Positions 27,129-35,038 of a stretch of DNA of 35,821 nucleotides are shown piece by piece. The number at the start of each line of letters is the position of its first letter. The stretch's first letter is position 1. The DNA comes from Aestuariivirga sp. (GTDB lineage: Bacteria > Pseudomonadota > Alphaproteobacteria > Rhizobiales > Aestuariivirgaceae). A program made the translations under genes and the position numbers. Below the pieces are notes generated by a model. The model was not told where the DNA came from. It made no database searches and saw only the letters and a program-made list of their open reading frames with translations. The DNA is taken from positions 1 to 35,821 of the forward strand of contig JBKJQU010000467.1 in the NCBI GenBank assembly GCA_046594995.1, in the 5' to 3' direction.

Positions 27129-28046
27129 ATGAATGACAGCGCGAAAACACGCGTGGGTGTGATAGGGCTCGGGTCGATGGGACTTGGCATGGCACACTCG
27201 ATGGTACGGAAGGGGCTGGCGGTTCGAGGCTTCGACCTCAACGGATCGGCGATCGCCAAGCTTGAAGCTGCAGGCGGCGAAGCAGGAACGAGCATTGCCA
27301 ATGTTGCGGCGGAGTCCGACATTCTCGTGGCCGTTGTCGTCAACGCGGCACAGACAGACGCGGTGTTGTTCGGAGAGAATGGGGCGGCGGGCTCAATGCC
27401 GCGCGGCAGTGTGATCATCTCGTCCGCGACAATGTCTCCCGATGATGCGCGGCGATTTGCGGCAAAGGCCGAGGCATCCGGGCTTCATTATCTCGACGCA
27501 CCGATCAGCGGAGGTGCGGCCAAAGCTGCATCGGGGCAACTCACCATCATGGCGTCCGGCACGCCAGAGGCCTTCTCGAAAGCACGGCCCGCACTCGATG
27601 CCATGGCCGCCAAGATCTACGAACTGGGCGACAAGGCTGGAATCGGCGCGTCTTTCAAGATGGTGAACCAGCTTCTCGCGGGTGTTCATATCGCAGCAGC
27701 CTGCGAGGCGGTGACATTCGCCAAGCGATTGGGTCTCGACCTCGATGAGGTCTACAAGGTGATTACCGCGTCGGCCGGCAATTCATGGATGTTCGAGAAC
27801 CGTGTACCGCATATTCTCGAAGGCGATTATGCGCCGCGAAGTGCGGTTGAAATCTTTACAAAGGACTTAGGGATCGTCAGCGACATGGGACGGCAGGAGA
27901 AATTCCCCTTGCCGATCGCTGCAACAGCGCTTCAGCAGTTCCTGATGACGGCCGCTGCCGGCATGGAGCGCGACGATGATGCTTCTGTGGCGCGGATGAT
28001 TGCGATGATGACGGGGCTGGAGCTTCCGCCCGCGAAGAAGGAATAA
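27129..28046 (+). CDS. ltnD: L-threonate dehydrogenase (beta-hydroxyacid dehydrogenase family)
   Basis: GLGSMG, VVNAAQT, DAPISGG, KMVNQLLAGVHIAA and GNSWMFENR.PH....DY.P.SAV.IF.KD motifs; adjacent to otnI. Confidence 0.8.
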   Translation: MNDSAKTRVGVIGLGSMGLGMAHSMVRKGLAVRGFDLNGSAIAKLEAAGGEAGTSIANVAAESDILVAVVVNAAQTDAVLFGENGAAGSMPRGSVIISSATMSPDDARRFAAKAEASGLHYLDAPISGGAAKAASGQLTIMASGTPEAFSKARPALDAMAAKIYELGDKAGIGASFKMVNQLLAGVHIAAACEAVTFAKRLGLDLDEVYKVITASAGNSWMFENRVPHILEGDYAPRSAVEIFTKDLGIVSDMGRQEKFPLPIAATALQQFLMTAAAGMERDDDASVARMIAMMTGLELPPAKKE

Positions 28047-28051
28047 ACGCC

Positions 28052-28819
28052 ATGCCGAAATTCGCGGCCAATCTTTCGATGATGTTTAACGAATGGGATT
28101 TTCTCGACCGCTTCGGTGCAGCAGCGGATGCCGGGTTCAAGACTGTCGAGTATCTGTTTCCCTATGCCTTCCCGGCAGACGCCATTGCAGGGCAGCTGTA
28201 CCGCCATGGGCTGAGCCAGGCCCTGTTCAACCTGCCACCCGGCAACTGGGACGCGGGCGAGCGTGGATTGGCATCGAACCCGGATCGCGTTCAGGACTTC
28301 CGCCGTTCTGTTGAAACGGCACTTCCCTATGCAAAGGCAACAGGCGTGAAGCGGCTTCACATGATGAGCGGGCATGGCAGCCGAGATGACGCCAAGGCGC
28401 TGACGGCCTACAAAGATGCGATTCGCTTTGCTTGCGATATGACAGGGCCTTTAGGGATCGATATCCTTATCGAGCCGATCAACGGGCGCGACATGCCGGG
28501 ATATTTTCTCAATCACTTCAGTTTCGCGGCAGATCTGATCGCGGAGATGACTCTGCCAAACCTCAAGCTGCAGTACGATATCTATCACCGCCAGATTCTG
28601 CATGGCGACGTGCTGAAGAGCCTTGAAGCGCTACTGCCGGTCACGGGGCACGTGCAGGTGGCCTCGGTGCCGAAGCGGCACGAGCCAGGCACCGGCGAAC
28701 TAGACGATCAAAGGATTTTCCATCATCTCGATTCGCTGGGATATGATGGATACATAGGCTGCGAATACCGGCCAGCAGCCGGTACGTTAGAAGGGCTCGG
28801 CTGGATGAATAGAGCATGA
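28052..28819 (+). CDS. otnI: 2-oxo-tetronate isomerase (hydroxypyruvate isomerase family)
   Basis: MPKFAANLS, VEYLFPY, EPIN.RDMPGYFL, DIYH.Q, HVQ.A.VP.RHEP and GCEY.P motifs. Confidence 0.8.
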   Translation: MPKFAANLSMMFNEWDFLDRFGAAADAGFKTVEYLFPYAFPADAIAGQLYRHGLSQALFNLPPGNWDAGERGLASNPDRVQDFRRSVETALPYAKATGVKRLHMMSGHGSRDDAKALTAYKDAIRFACDMTGPLGIDILIEPINGRDMPGYFLNHFSFAADLIAEMTLPNLKLQYDIYHRQILHGDVLKSLEALLPVTGHVQVASVPKRHEPGTGELDDQRIFHHLDSLGYDGYIGCEYRPAAGTLEGLGWMNRA

Positions 28820-28894
28820 CCTTCCGGCAGCGGCATCATTGCGCTTGCGGCCGGACTTTAGTTTTTGTTTCTTTCCCGCCGAAGGAGACTGACC

Positions 28895-29677
28895 ATGCCG
28901 GAAGGACACACGATACATCGCGCGGCACTTGACCAGCGGCCGATGCTGGTGGGGCAGACTGTCGTTGTGTCGTCGCCGCAAGGGCGCTTCCTTGAAGGCG
29001 CGGCACGACTTGATGGAGCGCAGTGCACTGCAATTGATGCCTATGGAAAGCACCTGCTCTATCATCTCGGCGATGCTGCGCTCCATATCCATCTTGGACT
29101 ATTCGGCGTTTTCAAGACTCAGAAGCTTCCCGCCGCCGAACCCAAGGGCGCAGTGCGCGTGAGGATGATCAGCAACACTCATTGTGTCGATATCAACGGG
29201 CCTAATACCTGCGAGGTGCTTGGAGGCACCGACCTCACAAGTCTGATCTTGCGTATCGGTCCAGACGTGTTGCGCGATGACGCCGACCCCGGACGGGCAT
29301 GGGCGCGAATTTCAAGAAGCAAGGCGCCAATCGGTTTGCTGATGATGGACCAATCCGTGATGGCAGGTGTCGGCAATATCTACCGCAGCGAAATACTCTG
29401 GCGGCAAAAGGTCAGTCCGGATACGCCGGGCAATCAGATCTCGCGCGAGACTTTCGACAAGCTATGGGCGGACGCTGTGCATCTGCTGAAGATCGGAGTG
29501 AAGGCCAATTCCATCATTACGGTCGATGGCGTCAAGAACTCGCGCAGCCGTTATGGCGAGCGAGTCAATATTTTCAACAAGCACGCATGCCCTACATGTG
29601 CCGGTGGAATCCGGAAGTTCGCTATGGGAAGCCGTAGGGTTTTCATCTGCGATATCTGCCAACCGGCGCTCAGATAG
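28895..29677 (+). CDS. nei: Fpg/Nei-family DNA glycosylase (endonuclease VIII-like)
   Basis: Catalytic N-terminus MPEGHTIHR, GKH, HLG, H2TH motif AGVGNIYRSE and C-terminal zinc finger CPTC...CDIC. AAGGAG RBS before ATG 28895. Confidence 0.85.
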   Translation: MPEGHTIHRAALDQRPMLVGQTVVVSSPQGRFLEGAARLDGAQCTAIDAYGKHLLYHLGDAALHIHLGLFGVFKTQKLPAAEPKGAVRVRMISNTHCVDINGPNTCEVLGGTDLTSLILRIGPDVLRDDADPGRAWARISRSKAPIGLLMMDQSVMAGVGNIYRSEILWRQKVSPDTPGNQISRETFDKLWADAVHLLKIGVKANSIITVDGVKNSRSRYGERVNIFNKHACPTCAGGIRKFAMGSRRVFICDICQPALR

Positions 29678-30098
29678 ACCGGCTGGAGATCGACGCGGTG
29701 TTGACCAGCTCGTCGAGTAGCGACAGCGTCGCATGACCGGATGAAGTGAAGGGATTGAGCACGGGCTTCTCATGATATTTCAAGAGAAGCCCAGGATTGA
29801 GCTTCGAGAGATCGACATGGCCCATGGTCCAGTTGCAGAACTTCCGTTCCTGGATTTCCTCATAGGCGAGAAGGCGAACCTGCGTGTGGCGCTGGTCTCG
29901 AACAATTGCGTTATAGAGCTCGCAAACCTCGTCGCGCCCGCCCTCAAGAACCTGGATGAAGATATCGCCCGAATAACACAGAATGCCAGTGATGCCATTC
30001 GCAGGGTTGTTGACTCGCGATTTTTCCAGAATGTCTTCGATCATCGAAGGCGACAATACAGTGGCAGCACGGCTGGCATATACACAGCGGACAATCAT
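29670..30098 (-). CDS. Stand-alone BLUF blue-light sensor
   Basis: Conserved Tyr (VYAS), NN..NGITG.L, F.QVLEG, D.RH and F..W.M; no output domain. Confidence 0.92.
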   Translation of the reverse strand: MIVRCVYASRAATVLSPSMIEDILEKSRVNNPANGITGILCYSGDIFIQVLEGGRDEVCELYNAIVRDQRHTQVRLLAYEEIQERKFCNWTMGHVDLSKLNPGLLLKYHEKPVLNPFTSSGHATLSLLDELVNTASISSRSI

Positions 30099-30105
30099 TT
30101 CAGTC

Positions 30106-30819
30106 TCAATCCTTGAGATTCACGAGTGACAGGAATTCGCGGCGGAGCGAAGGGTTCTTGAGGAAGGAGCCGCGCATGACACTGTTCACCATCTTGGTGG
30201 CAGTATCTTTAACACCGCGCCAGTGCATGCAGAAGTGATCAGCCTCCATCACCACGGCGAGGCCATCGGGCGCCACCTTATTCATCAGCAGATCGGCAAC
30301 CTGCGTAATGGCTTCCTCCTGAATCTGCGGACGGCTCATAATCCATTCGGCGAGGCGGGAATACTTCGACAAGCCAATGAGATTGGAATGCTCATTGGGA
30401 AGGATGCCGATCCAGAGGCGGCCCATGATGGGGCAGAAGTGGTGGCTGCAGGCACTTCGCACCGTTATCGGACCGACGATCATGAGCTCGTTCAGATACT
30501 CGGCGTTGGGAAATTCGGTGACCGGAGGCTGGGTGACATAGCGGCCCCGGAATACCTCGTTCAGATACATCTTGGCAACACGCCGAGCGGTGTCTTGTGT
30601 GTTATGATCATTTCTGATGTCAATGACCAAGCTTTCGAGCACACCTTGCATCTTGTCTGCAACCTCTTCAAGGAGCAGTTCCATTTCGCCAGGCTCGAGG
30701 AACGCAGCAATATTGTCGTTTGCATGAAAGCGCTTCTTCGCGGCTTCGATGCGCTCGCGAATGCGGTTCGACACGGGCAGAGACTTGCCGTCGTTATTTG
30801 TAGCAGGTGGTTTATCCAT
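30106..30819 (-). CDS. folE: GTP cyclohydrolase I
   Basis: TARRVAKMY, SACSHH, GLSKY.R, RPQIQE, HFCM..RGV and RREF motifs. Confidence 0.93.
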   Translation of the reverse strand: MDKPPATNNDGKSLPVSNRIRERIEAAKKRFHANDNIAAFLEPGEMELLLEEVADKMQGVLESLVIDIRNDHNTQDTARRVAKMYLNEVFRGRYVTQPPVTEFPNAEYLNELMIVGPITVRSACSHHFCPIMGRLWIGILPNEHSNLIGLSKYSRLAEWIMSRPQIQEEAITQVADLLMNKVAPDGLAVVMEADHFCMHWRGVKDTATKMVNSVMRGSFLKNPSLRREFLSLVNLKD

Positions 30820-30913
30820 TGCCGCCAGATGTGTGTTTCACTGCCGTGCCACTCCTAGCACATTGCACATTCACAGATCAATTTGAGGTTACGGATCCAT
30901 GACTTGTTTCTAG

Positions 30914-30939
30914 TACGGCCAGATTACCGTCCCGGACCA
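30914..30939 (-). promoter_or_regulatory. Possible ECF (ChrR/sigma-E-type) promoter of folE-BLUF
   Basis: Minus-strand TGGTCC-N16-CGTA, close to the TGATCC...CGTA motif as I recall it for the singlet-oxygen sigma-E; one mismatch. Confidence 0.3.
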
Positions 30940-30952
30940 GAAGCTACGCATC

Positions 30953-30989
30953 AAAAAGCCCGTGTGGAGATGTCTCTCCACACGGGCTT
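30953..30989 (-). terminator. Rho-independent terminator
   Basis: 15-bp stem AAGCCCGTGTGGAGA / TCTCCACACGGGCTT with a T-run on the minus strand; separates the stress operon from folE. Confidence 0.8.
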
Positions 30990-31011
30990 GCATTCTAGAC
31001 GATGCCGGAAG

Positions 31012-31521
31012 TTATCGACGGCTGCGGCTGCGGCCAGTCGACTGGCCGGCTGGGGACGACATGCGGCCAATAGGGCTTGGCAACATCAAGCCGATCATCG
31101 CGCCGATGCCAAGGCCCAAAGCGCCCAGCATATAGGGCCGCTCATCGGCGAGCTTCTGCACCATGCGCTGGTCCGGCATGCGGCGTGCGGCCAAGGGCAG
31201 AGCCCGGCCAGCACCTTCTGCGGCCCATTCATAGGCATTGCCTGCTGCACGCTTGCCACGTGACAAGAGCCTTGTCGCCGCGCCGGCATAACCGCTGCTG
31301 GCAGCAGACTTCTTGCTAGTGCCGCGCGTCCTCGCTGAGGCGCTCTTCGATGCGTTCTTCGACGACCGGGGGCTCGCGCTGCTGCTCACTCCGCGGCGGG
31401 ATGCCGCTGCCGTCTTGCGTTTTGCTGCGCCCTTGCGTGACACGGCTTTTCGCGCCCTGCTCTTTGGCTGCGTCTGGTTCGGAGACTGGCCATTGGTTTC
31501 CGCTGTTTTTTCGGCTGTCAT
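31012..31521 (-). CDS. Basic K/R/S/A-rich protein with a YqjD/ElaB-like C-terminal TM anchor
   Basis: Low-complexity basic N-terminus and C-terminal ERPYMLGALGLGIGAMIGLML; strong AAGGAGA RBS. Confidence 0.72.
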   Translation of the reverse strand: MTAEKTAETNGQSPNQTQPKSRARKAVSRKGAAKRKTAAASRRGVSSSASPRSSKNASKSASARTRGTSKKSAASSGYAGAATRLLSRGKRAAGNAYEWAAEGAGRALPLAARRMPDQRMVQKLADERPYMLGALGLGIGAMIGLMLPSPIGRMSSPAGQSTGRSRSRR

Positions 31522-31831
31522 TGTTATTCTCCTTCAAAATTGTACGTGGTAGTTTTGTATCAGCCTCCCGCATTTTTCGGGGTTCGCTGGTGCTGCGGCG
31601 GGGAGCTCCCACCAGCCAGCCTGCTCCTGCCAGGACGGCAAGACTCAAAAGCTTGTTCTGCTGCACACCCGATTTAATGCGGCCGAGCAATGTCAGATCA
31701 GGATCAAGCAAGTTCATCAGATCCTCGGCGAGCTGAGGCGGGCTGACCCGGTCCCGGAAATTGCCTAAGGTCTTTTCAAGTTCGGCCCGGCTCGCATGTA
31801 CTTCGGCCAAGGCTTCCTGTTTCGATGTCAT
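31316..31831 (-). CDS. DUF3618-like protein
   Basis: EVHASRAELEKTL...RDRVSPPQL N-terminus and N.LLSLAVLAGAGWLV TM segment. The 3' end overlaps the next gene by 206 nt, so the true C-terminus is uncertain. Confidence 0.65.
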   Translation of the reverse strand: MTSKQEALAEVHASRAELEKTLGNFRDRVSPPQLAEDLMNLLDPDLTLLGRIKSGVQQNKLLSLAVLAGAGWLVGAPRRSTSEPRKMREADTKLPRTILKENNNDSRKNSGNQWPVSEPDAAKEQGAKSRVTQGRSKTQDGSGIPPRSEQQREPPVVEERIEERLSEDARH

Positions 31832-31834
31832 CTC

Positions 31835-32230
31835 TCAGGTCCTCGCGCTGGACCGGCGGGTGAACCACCGTAAGAAGATACTCTCGGTGCTCCATGACAG
31901 CGCGCTGCGCATGACAAGGACGCTGATCACAACAAGCAGCATCAGAACGGCGCCTACAATCAGGGCCGCCAAGCCAACACTATCGACATATGGTGTAAGG
32001 AATGCAACGCCAGCCTGGGAGAATGCTACCAGCGCGCAGAATGTGGCAGCGAAGGCGACAGTCGCTGAAATCGCGAAGCGAATGGCCTGACCCTTTAGCT
32101 CACCCAACTCGGCCTTAGCCAGTGCAGTTTCAGCTCGCGCCCACCTGCGGCCATCGGATTGCAGACGTTCTATCAGCTTGGTGATTTCTGGACGCGGTGC
32201 TGTTTCGGTATCCATTACGCTCTTGAGCAT
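31835..32230 (-). CDS. Holin-like (YqjE / phage_holin_3_6) membrane protein
   Basis: D.....RAE..LAKAEL followed by two TM helices. Start is ATG 32230 or 32215; the ORF-track start at 32401 lies upstream of its promoter. Confidence 0.72.
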   Translation of the reverse strand: MLKSVMDTETAPRPEITKLIERLQSDGRRWARAETALAKAELGELKGQAIRFAISATVAFAATFCALVAFSQAGVAFLTPYVDSVGLAALIVGAVLMLLVVISVLVMRSALSWSTESIFLRWFTRRSSART

Positions 32231-32303
32231 CTGGGGGCCATCTCTCGATTGCTGCCGATATCCGGCAAATGAGATCGATAATCCAATTGCAGTTCCGAAA
32301 AAC

Positions 32304-32328
32304 AACGCTGCATCTCCTGATAAGTTCC
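32304..32328 (-). promoter_or_regulatory. sigma-EcfG promoter (holin-like operon)
   Basis: Minus-strand perfect GGAAC-N16-CGTT. Confidence 0.75.
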
Positions 32329-32367
32329 GCTGCGTTTGAGCGCGGCAGTTCGACACGTCATGCTTAT

Positions 32368-32399
32368 AAAAAGAAGGCCCCATCACATGCGGGGCCTTC
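32368..32399 (-). terminator. Rho-independent terminator
   Basis: GAAGGCCCC / GGGGCCTTC stem followed by TTTTT on the minus strand. Confidence 0.65.
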
Positions 32400-32459
32400 A
32401 AGGTACAGGCAGTCTATGGGGGGAGGGAGACACTGCCCGGGGAAAAGTATCGAGGGGTT

Positions 32460-32942
32460 TTAGTCGACTTGCCCATCCATCGCAGCGGGTGCGGGCGAGC
32501 GGCGGCCGCGCCTAGAAGTCGAACGCGGCGTTTTGCCAGAAGATGCAGACCGCATGGAAGACGTGCGCGCCTGTACGAGCTGTGAGATGACGAGACCCGC
32601 GGCAATGCTGCCGCCCAGAGTGGCAAGCGGATGGCGACGGGTGAAGTCGCGTGCATCGGCGAACATTTCGGAAAGATCGCTATCGGTAACGTAACTGGCC
32701 AATTCATCGAGACTTTCAGCGGCAGATTCCGCGTAAGCTCTCATCGTGGGAATTTCTGGCATGACATCGGTGAACTGGCGAACGGATTCCGCCAGGCTTT
32801 CAAGCTGCGCTGCTGCATATTCCTTGCGGCTGGCGGCAAGGCTTCCTGCCATATTCAATACATCGTCAAGCAATGCCGGCCCGTCACGTCCGCTGTCGCT
32901 CCGTGCCCGGCTGCGTGACCGGCCTTGGGATACTGTCGCCAT
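32460..32942 (-). CDS. DUF883/ElaB-like stress protein (NdiA-like)
   Basis: Helical acidic core, then DARDFTRRHPLATLGGSIAAGLVI. AGGAG RBS before ATG 32942. Confidence 0.7.
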   Translation of the reverse strand: MATVSQGRSRSRARSDSGRDGPALLDDVLNMAGSLAASRKEYAAAQLESLAESVRQFTDVMPEIPTMRAYAESAAESLDELASYVTDSDLSEMFADARDFTRRHPLATLGGSIAAGLVISQLVQARTSSMRSASSGKTPRSTSRRGRRSPAPAAMDGQVD

Positions 32943-32974
32943 AGGTTTTACTCCTGGTTTCAAGTTCGGTATAT

Positions 32975-32999
32975 AACTGGACCCTTCGTTATTTGTTCC
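32975..32999 (-). promoter_or_regulatory. sigma-EcfG-type promoter
   Basis: Minus-strand GGAAC-N16-AGTT, 32 nt upstream of the ATG. Confidence 0.6.
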
Positions 33000-33171
33000 G
33001 TTAGGCTATGTCGGGTCAGCATCGGTCCCAGTAAGTCCGTCAGTCGCTGGACAGTAACATTGGCATGAAGCCGCTGTGCTTTTCACGGCTTCGTCCTGCT
33101 GCTGCCATGGCAAGCGCTGCCCGCCGAACGCGCAGCGAGTGGCGCAGTTCCGTGCCGCGCAGCGACTATCG

Positions 33172-33197
33172 GGAACCCGCTGCGGAAGCTCGCCGTT
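33172..33197 (+). promoter_or_regulatory. sigma-EcfG-type promoter (SLC13 gene)
   Basis: GGAAC-N17-CGTT, 53 nt upstream of ATG 33251. Confidence 0.55.
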
Positions 33198-33250
33198 GTG
33201 CTGCAATTCGCCTTGAGCCAAACGGCCTTGAGCCACTGGGGGATAACACC

Positions 33251-35038
33251 ATGGAAATGACGACCGACATCGTGACGTGTCTTGCGATACTGATCGCGGC
33301 TGTGATCATGTTCTCGTGGGACAGGATATCGGCGGATGTGGTGGCACTCGGTGTATTGCTCGCGGTGGTAGCCACCGGACTGGTGCCGAGCGATCAGGCA
33401 TTTGCTGGCTTCGGCAGCGGCACGGTCATCATGATCCTGGGTTTCTTCATCATGACGGCTGCTCTCTCCCATACCGGCATTGTCGACTCCGTCGGTCAGT
33501 GGATTCTAACCCACGTCGGCAACAGGCCTTCCGTTCTGCTGGCTGTCATCATGGTTTCGGTTTCGGTACTCTCCGCCTTTATCAGCAATACCGCTGCGAC
33601 GGCCTTCTTTGTGCCTGTCGTGTTGGGGCTGGCGCTGCGCAACAACGTGAACCCTTCGCAACTGCTGCTGCCATTGGCATTTGCTTCGATCCTGACGAGT
33701 TCGGTGACGCTGATCAGTACTTCCACCAATATCGTAATAAGTGAATTGATGGTCCGTAACGGTCAGCAGCCCATGGGCATGTTTGAACTTGCGCCGGCAG
33801 GCGTTCCCATCGCTGTTGCCGGCATCATCTACATGCTGACAATTGGGATTCGGCTGATGCCCAACAGGAAGACGCAACAGGGCGCACAGGAAGAAGTGGG
33901 GAACCGCAGCTATACTGCCGACTTGCTGGTGCCTGCAGATTCTCCGCTGATCGGCTTCATGCTGGCAGAGTCACCTGTTGGCCAGTCCGGCTTCGAGGTA
34001 ACACGGCTCATCCGTGACGGAAAATCGCTGCCGAACAAGGCGACTGCGACGCTCGAAGCAGGTGATGTGATCGTTGTCGCCGGACGCCGGCGCGACCTGA
34101 TCCGGATAAAGGATATTAGCGGCATTGACATCAAGGCGGATGTGCATCTGGAGGGGGAAGACAAGGAAAAGGACGATACGGCAATCGTCGAAGGTGTGCT
34201 GTTGCCTGATTCACCACTGATCGGGCAAACGCTCCGAAGTGCAGATTTTTACGAGCGCTACGGCCTGAAGGTGCTCGGCCTCAACAGGGTTGGATCCACG
34301 TTGCCGGGTCGATTGAGCCAGATTCGCATGCGGCTGGGCGATGTGCTCCTGCTGCAGGGAACGCCCGAGAACGTGAAGGCGCTAGAACGGGGCAACCTGT
34401 TCAACATATTTGGTGGCGTATTAGACGAGCGGCTTAACACCAGGCACGCGGCCCTGGCGGTTGGTATCTTCGCCGCGGCACTGGCGGCAATAACCTTCAA
34501 CTTCGTGTCGATGCCGGTTGGCGCGGTGGGAGGCGCCTTCCTCATGATGCTAACACGTTGCATCTCGCCAGAAGAGGCCTATCGTCGGATCGAGTGGAAA
34601 GTGCTGATCCTGATTGGGTCCCTGCTCTCACTCGGTGCCGCGATGGAGACAAGCGGAGCTGGCCAATATCTTGCTGCAAAGCTGATCGAGGTAGTCGGCG
34701 ATGCGAGCCCGCATATAATTCTCAGCTGCTTCTTCCTGCTGACCGTCGCACTGACCCAACCCATGTCCAACCAGGCAGCGGCAATTGTCGTGGTGCCAAT
34801 TGCCTTCGAGACGGCGCGTCAGCTGGGACTTAACCCAAGGAGCTTCGCAATGATGATTGCCATTGCGGCGAGTTGTTCATACCTCACGCCGCTGGAGCCT
34901 TCGAGCCTCATGGTCTATGGGCCGGGCAAGTATCGCTTCATGGATTTCGTGAAGGTCGGATTTCCACTGACATTCCTGATTTATGCAATCGCCATCGTGA
35001 TGGTTCCGATCTTCTGGCCACTTTCTTTGCCAACATAA
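33251..35038 (+). CDS. SLC13/CitMHS-family permease with two TrkA-C (RCK-C) domains
   Basis: SAFISNTA, TLISTSTN, two SPLIG..L repeats, MSNQAA, AASCSYLTP and GPG.Y.F.DF.KVG motifs. Start set at ATG 33251 with a GGGGA RBS. Confidence 0.88.
   Translation: MEMTTDIVTCLAILIAAVIMFSWDRISADVVALGVLLAVVATGLVPSDQAFAGFGSGTVIMILGFFIMTAALSHTGIVDSVGQWILTHVGNRPSVLLAVIMVSVSVLSAFISNTAATAFFVPVVLGLALRNNVNPSQLLLPLAFASILTSSVTLISTSTNIVISELMVRNGQQPMGMFELAPAGVPIAVAGIIYMLTIGIRLMPNRKTQQGAQEEVGNRSYTADLLVPADSPLIGFMLAESPVGQSGFEVTRLIRDGKSLPNKATATLEAGDVIVVAGRRRDLIRIKDISGIDIKADVHLEGEDKEKDDTAIVEGVLLPDSPLIGQTLRSADFYERYGLKVLGLNRVGSTLPGRLSQIRMRLGDVLLLQGTPENVKALERGNLFNIFGGVLDERLNTRHAALAVGIFAAALAAITFNFVSMPVGAVGGAFLMMLTRCISPEEAYRRIEWKVLILIGSLLSLGAAMETSGAGQYLAAKLIEVVGDASPHIILSCFFLLTVALTQPMSNQAAAIVVVPIAFETARQLGLNPRSFAMMIAIAASCSYLTPLEPSSLMVYGPGKYRFMDFVKVGFPLTFLIYAIAIVMVPIFWPLSLPT

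Noticed and set aside
31835-32230. Prophage suggested by the holin-like gene
   Set aside because: There is no endolysin, integrase or structural gene; YqjE-like proteins are common host stress proteins.
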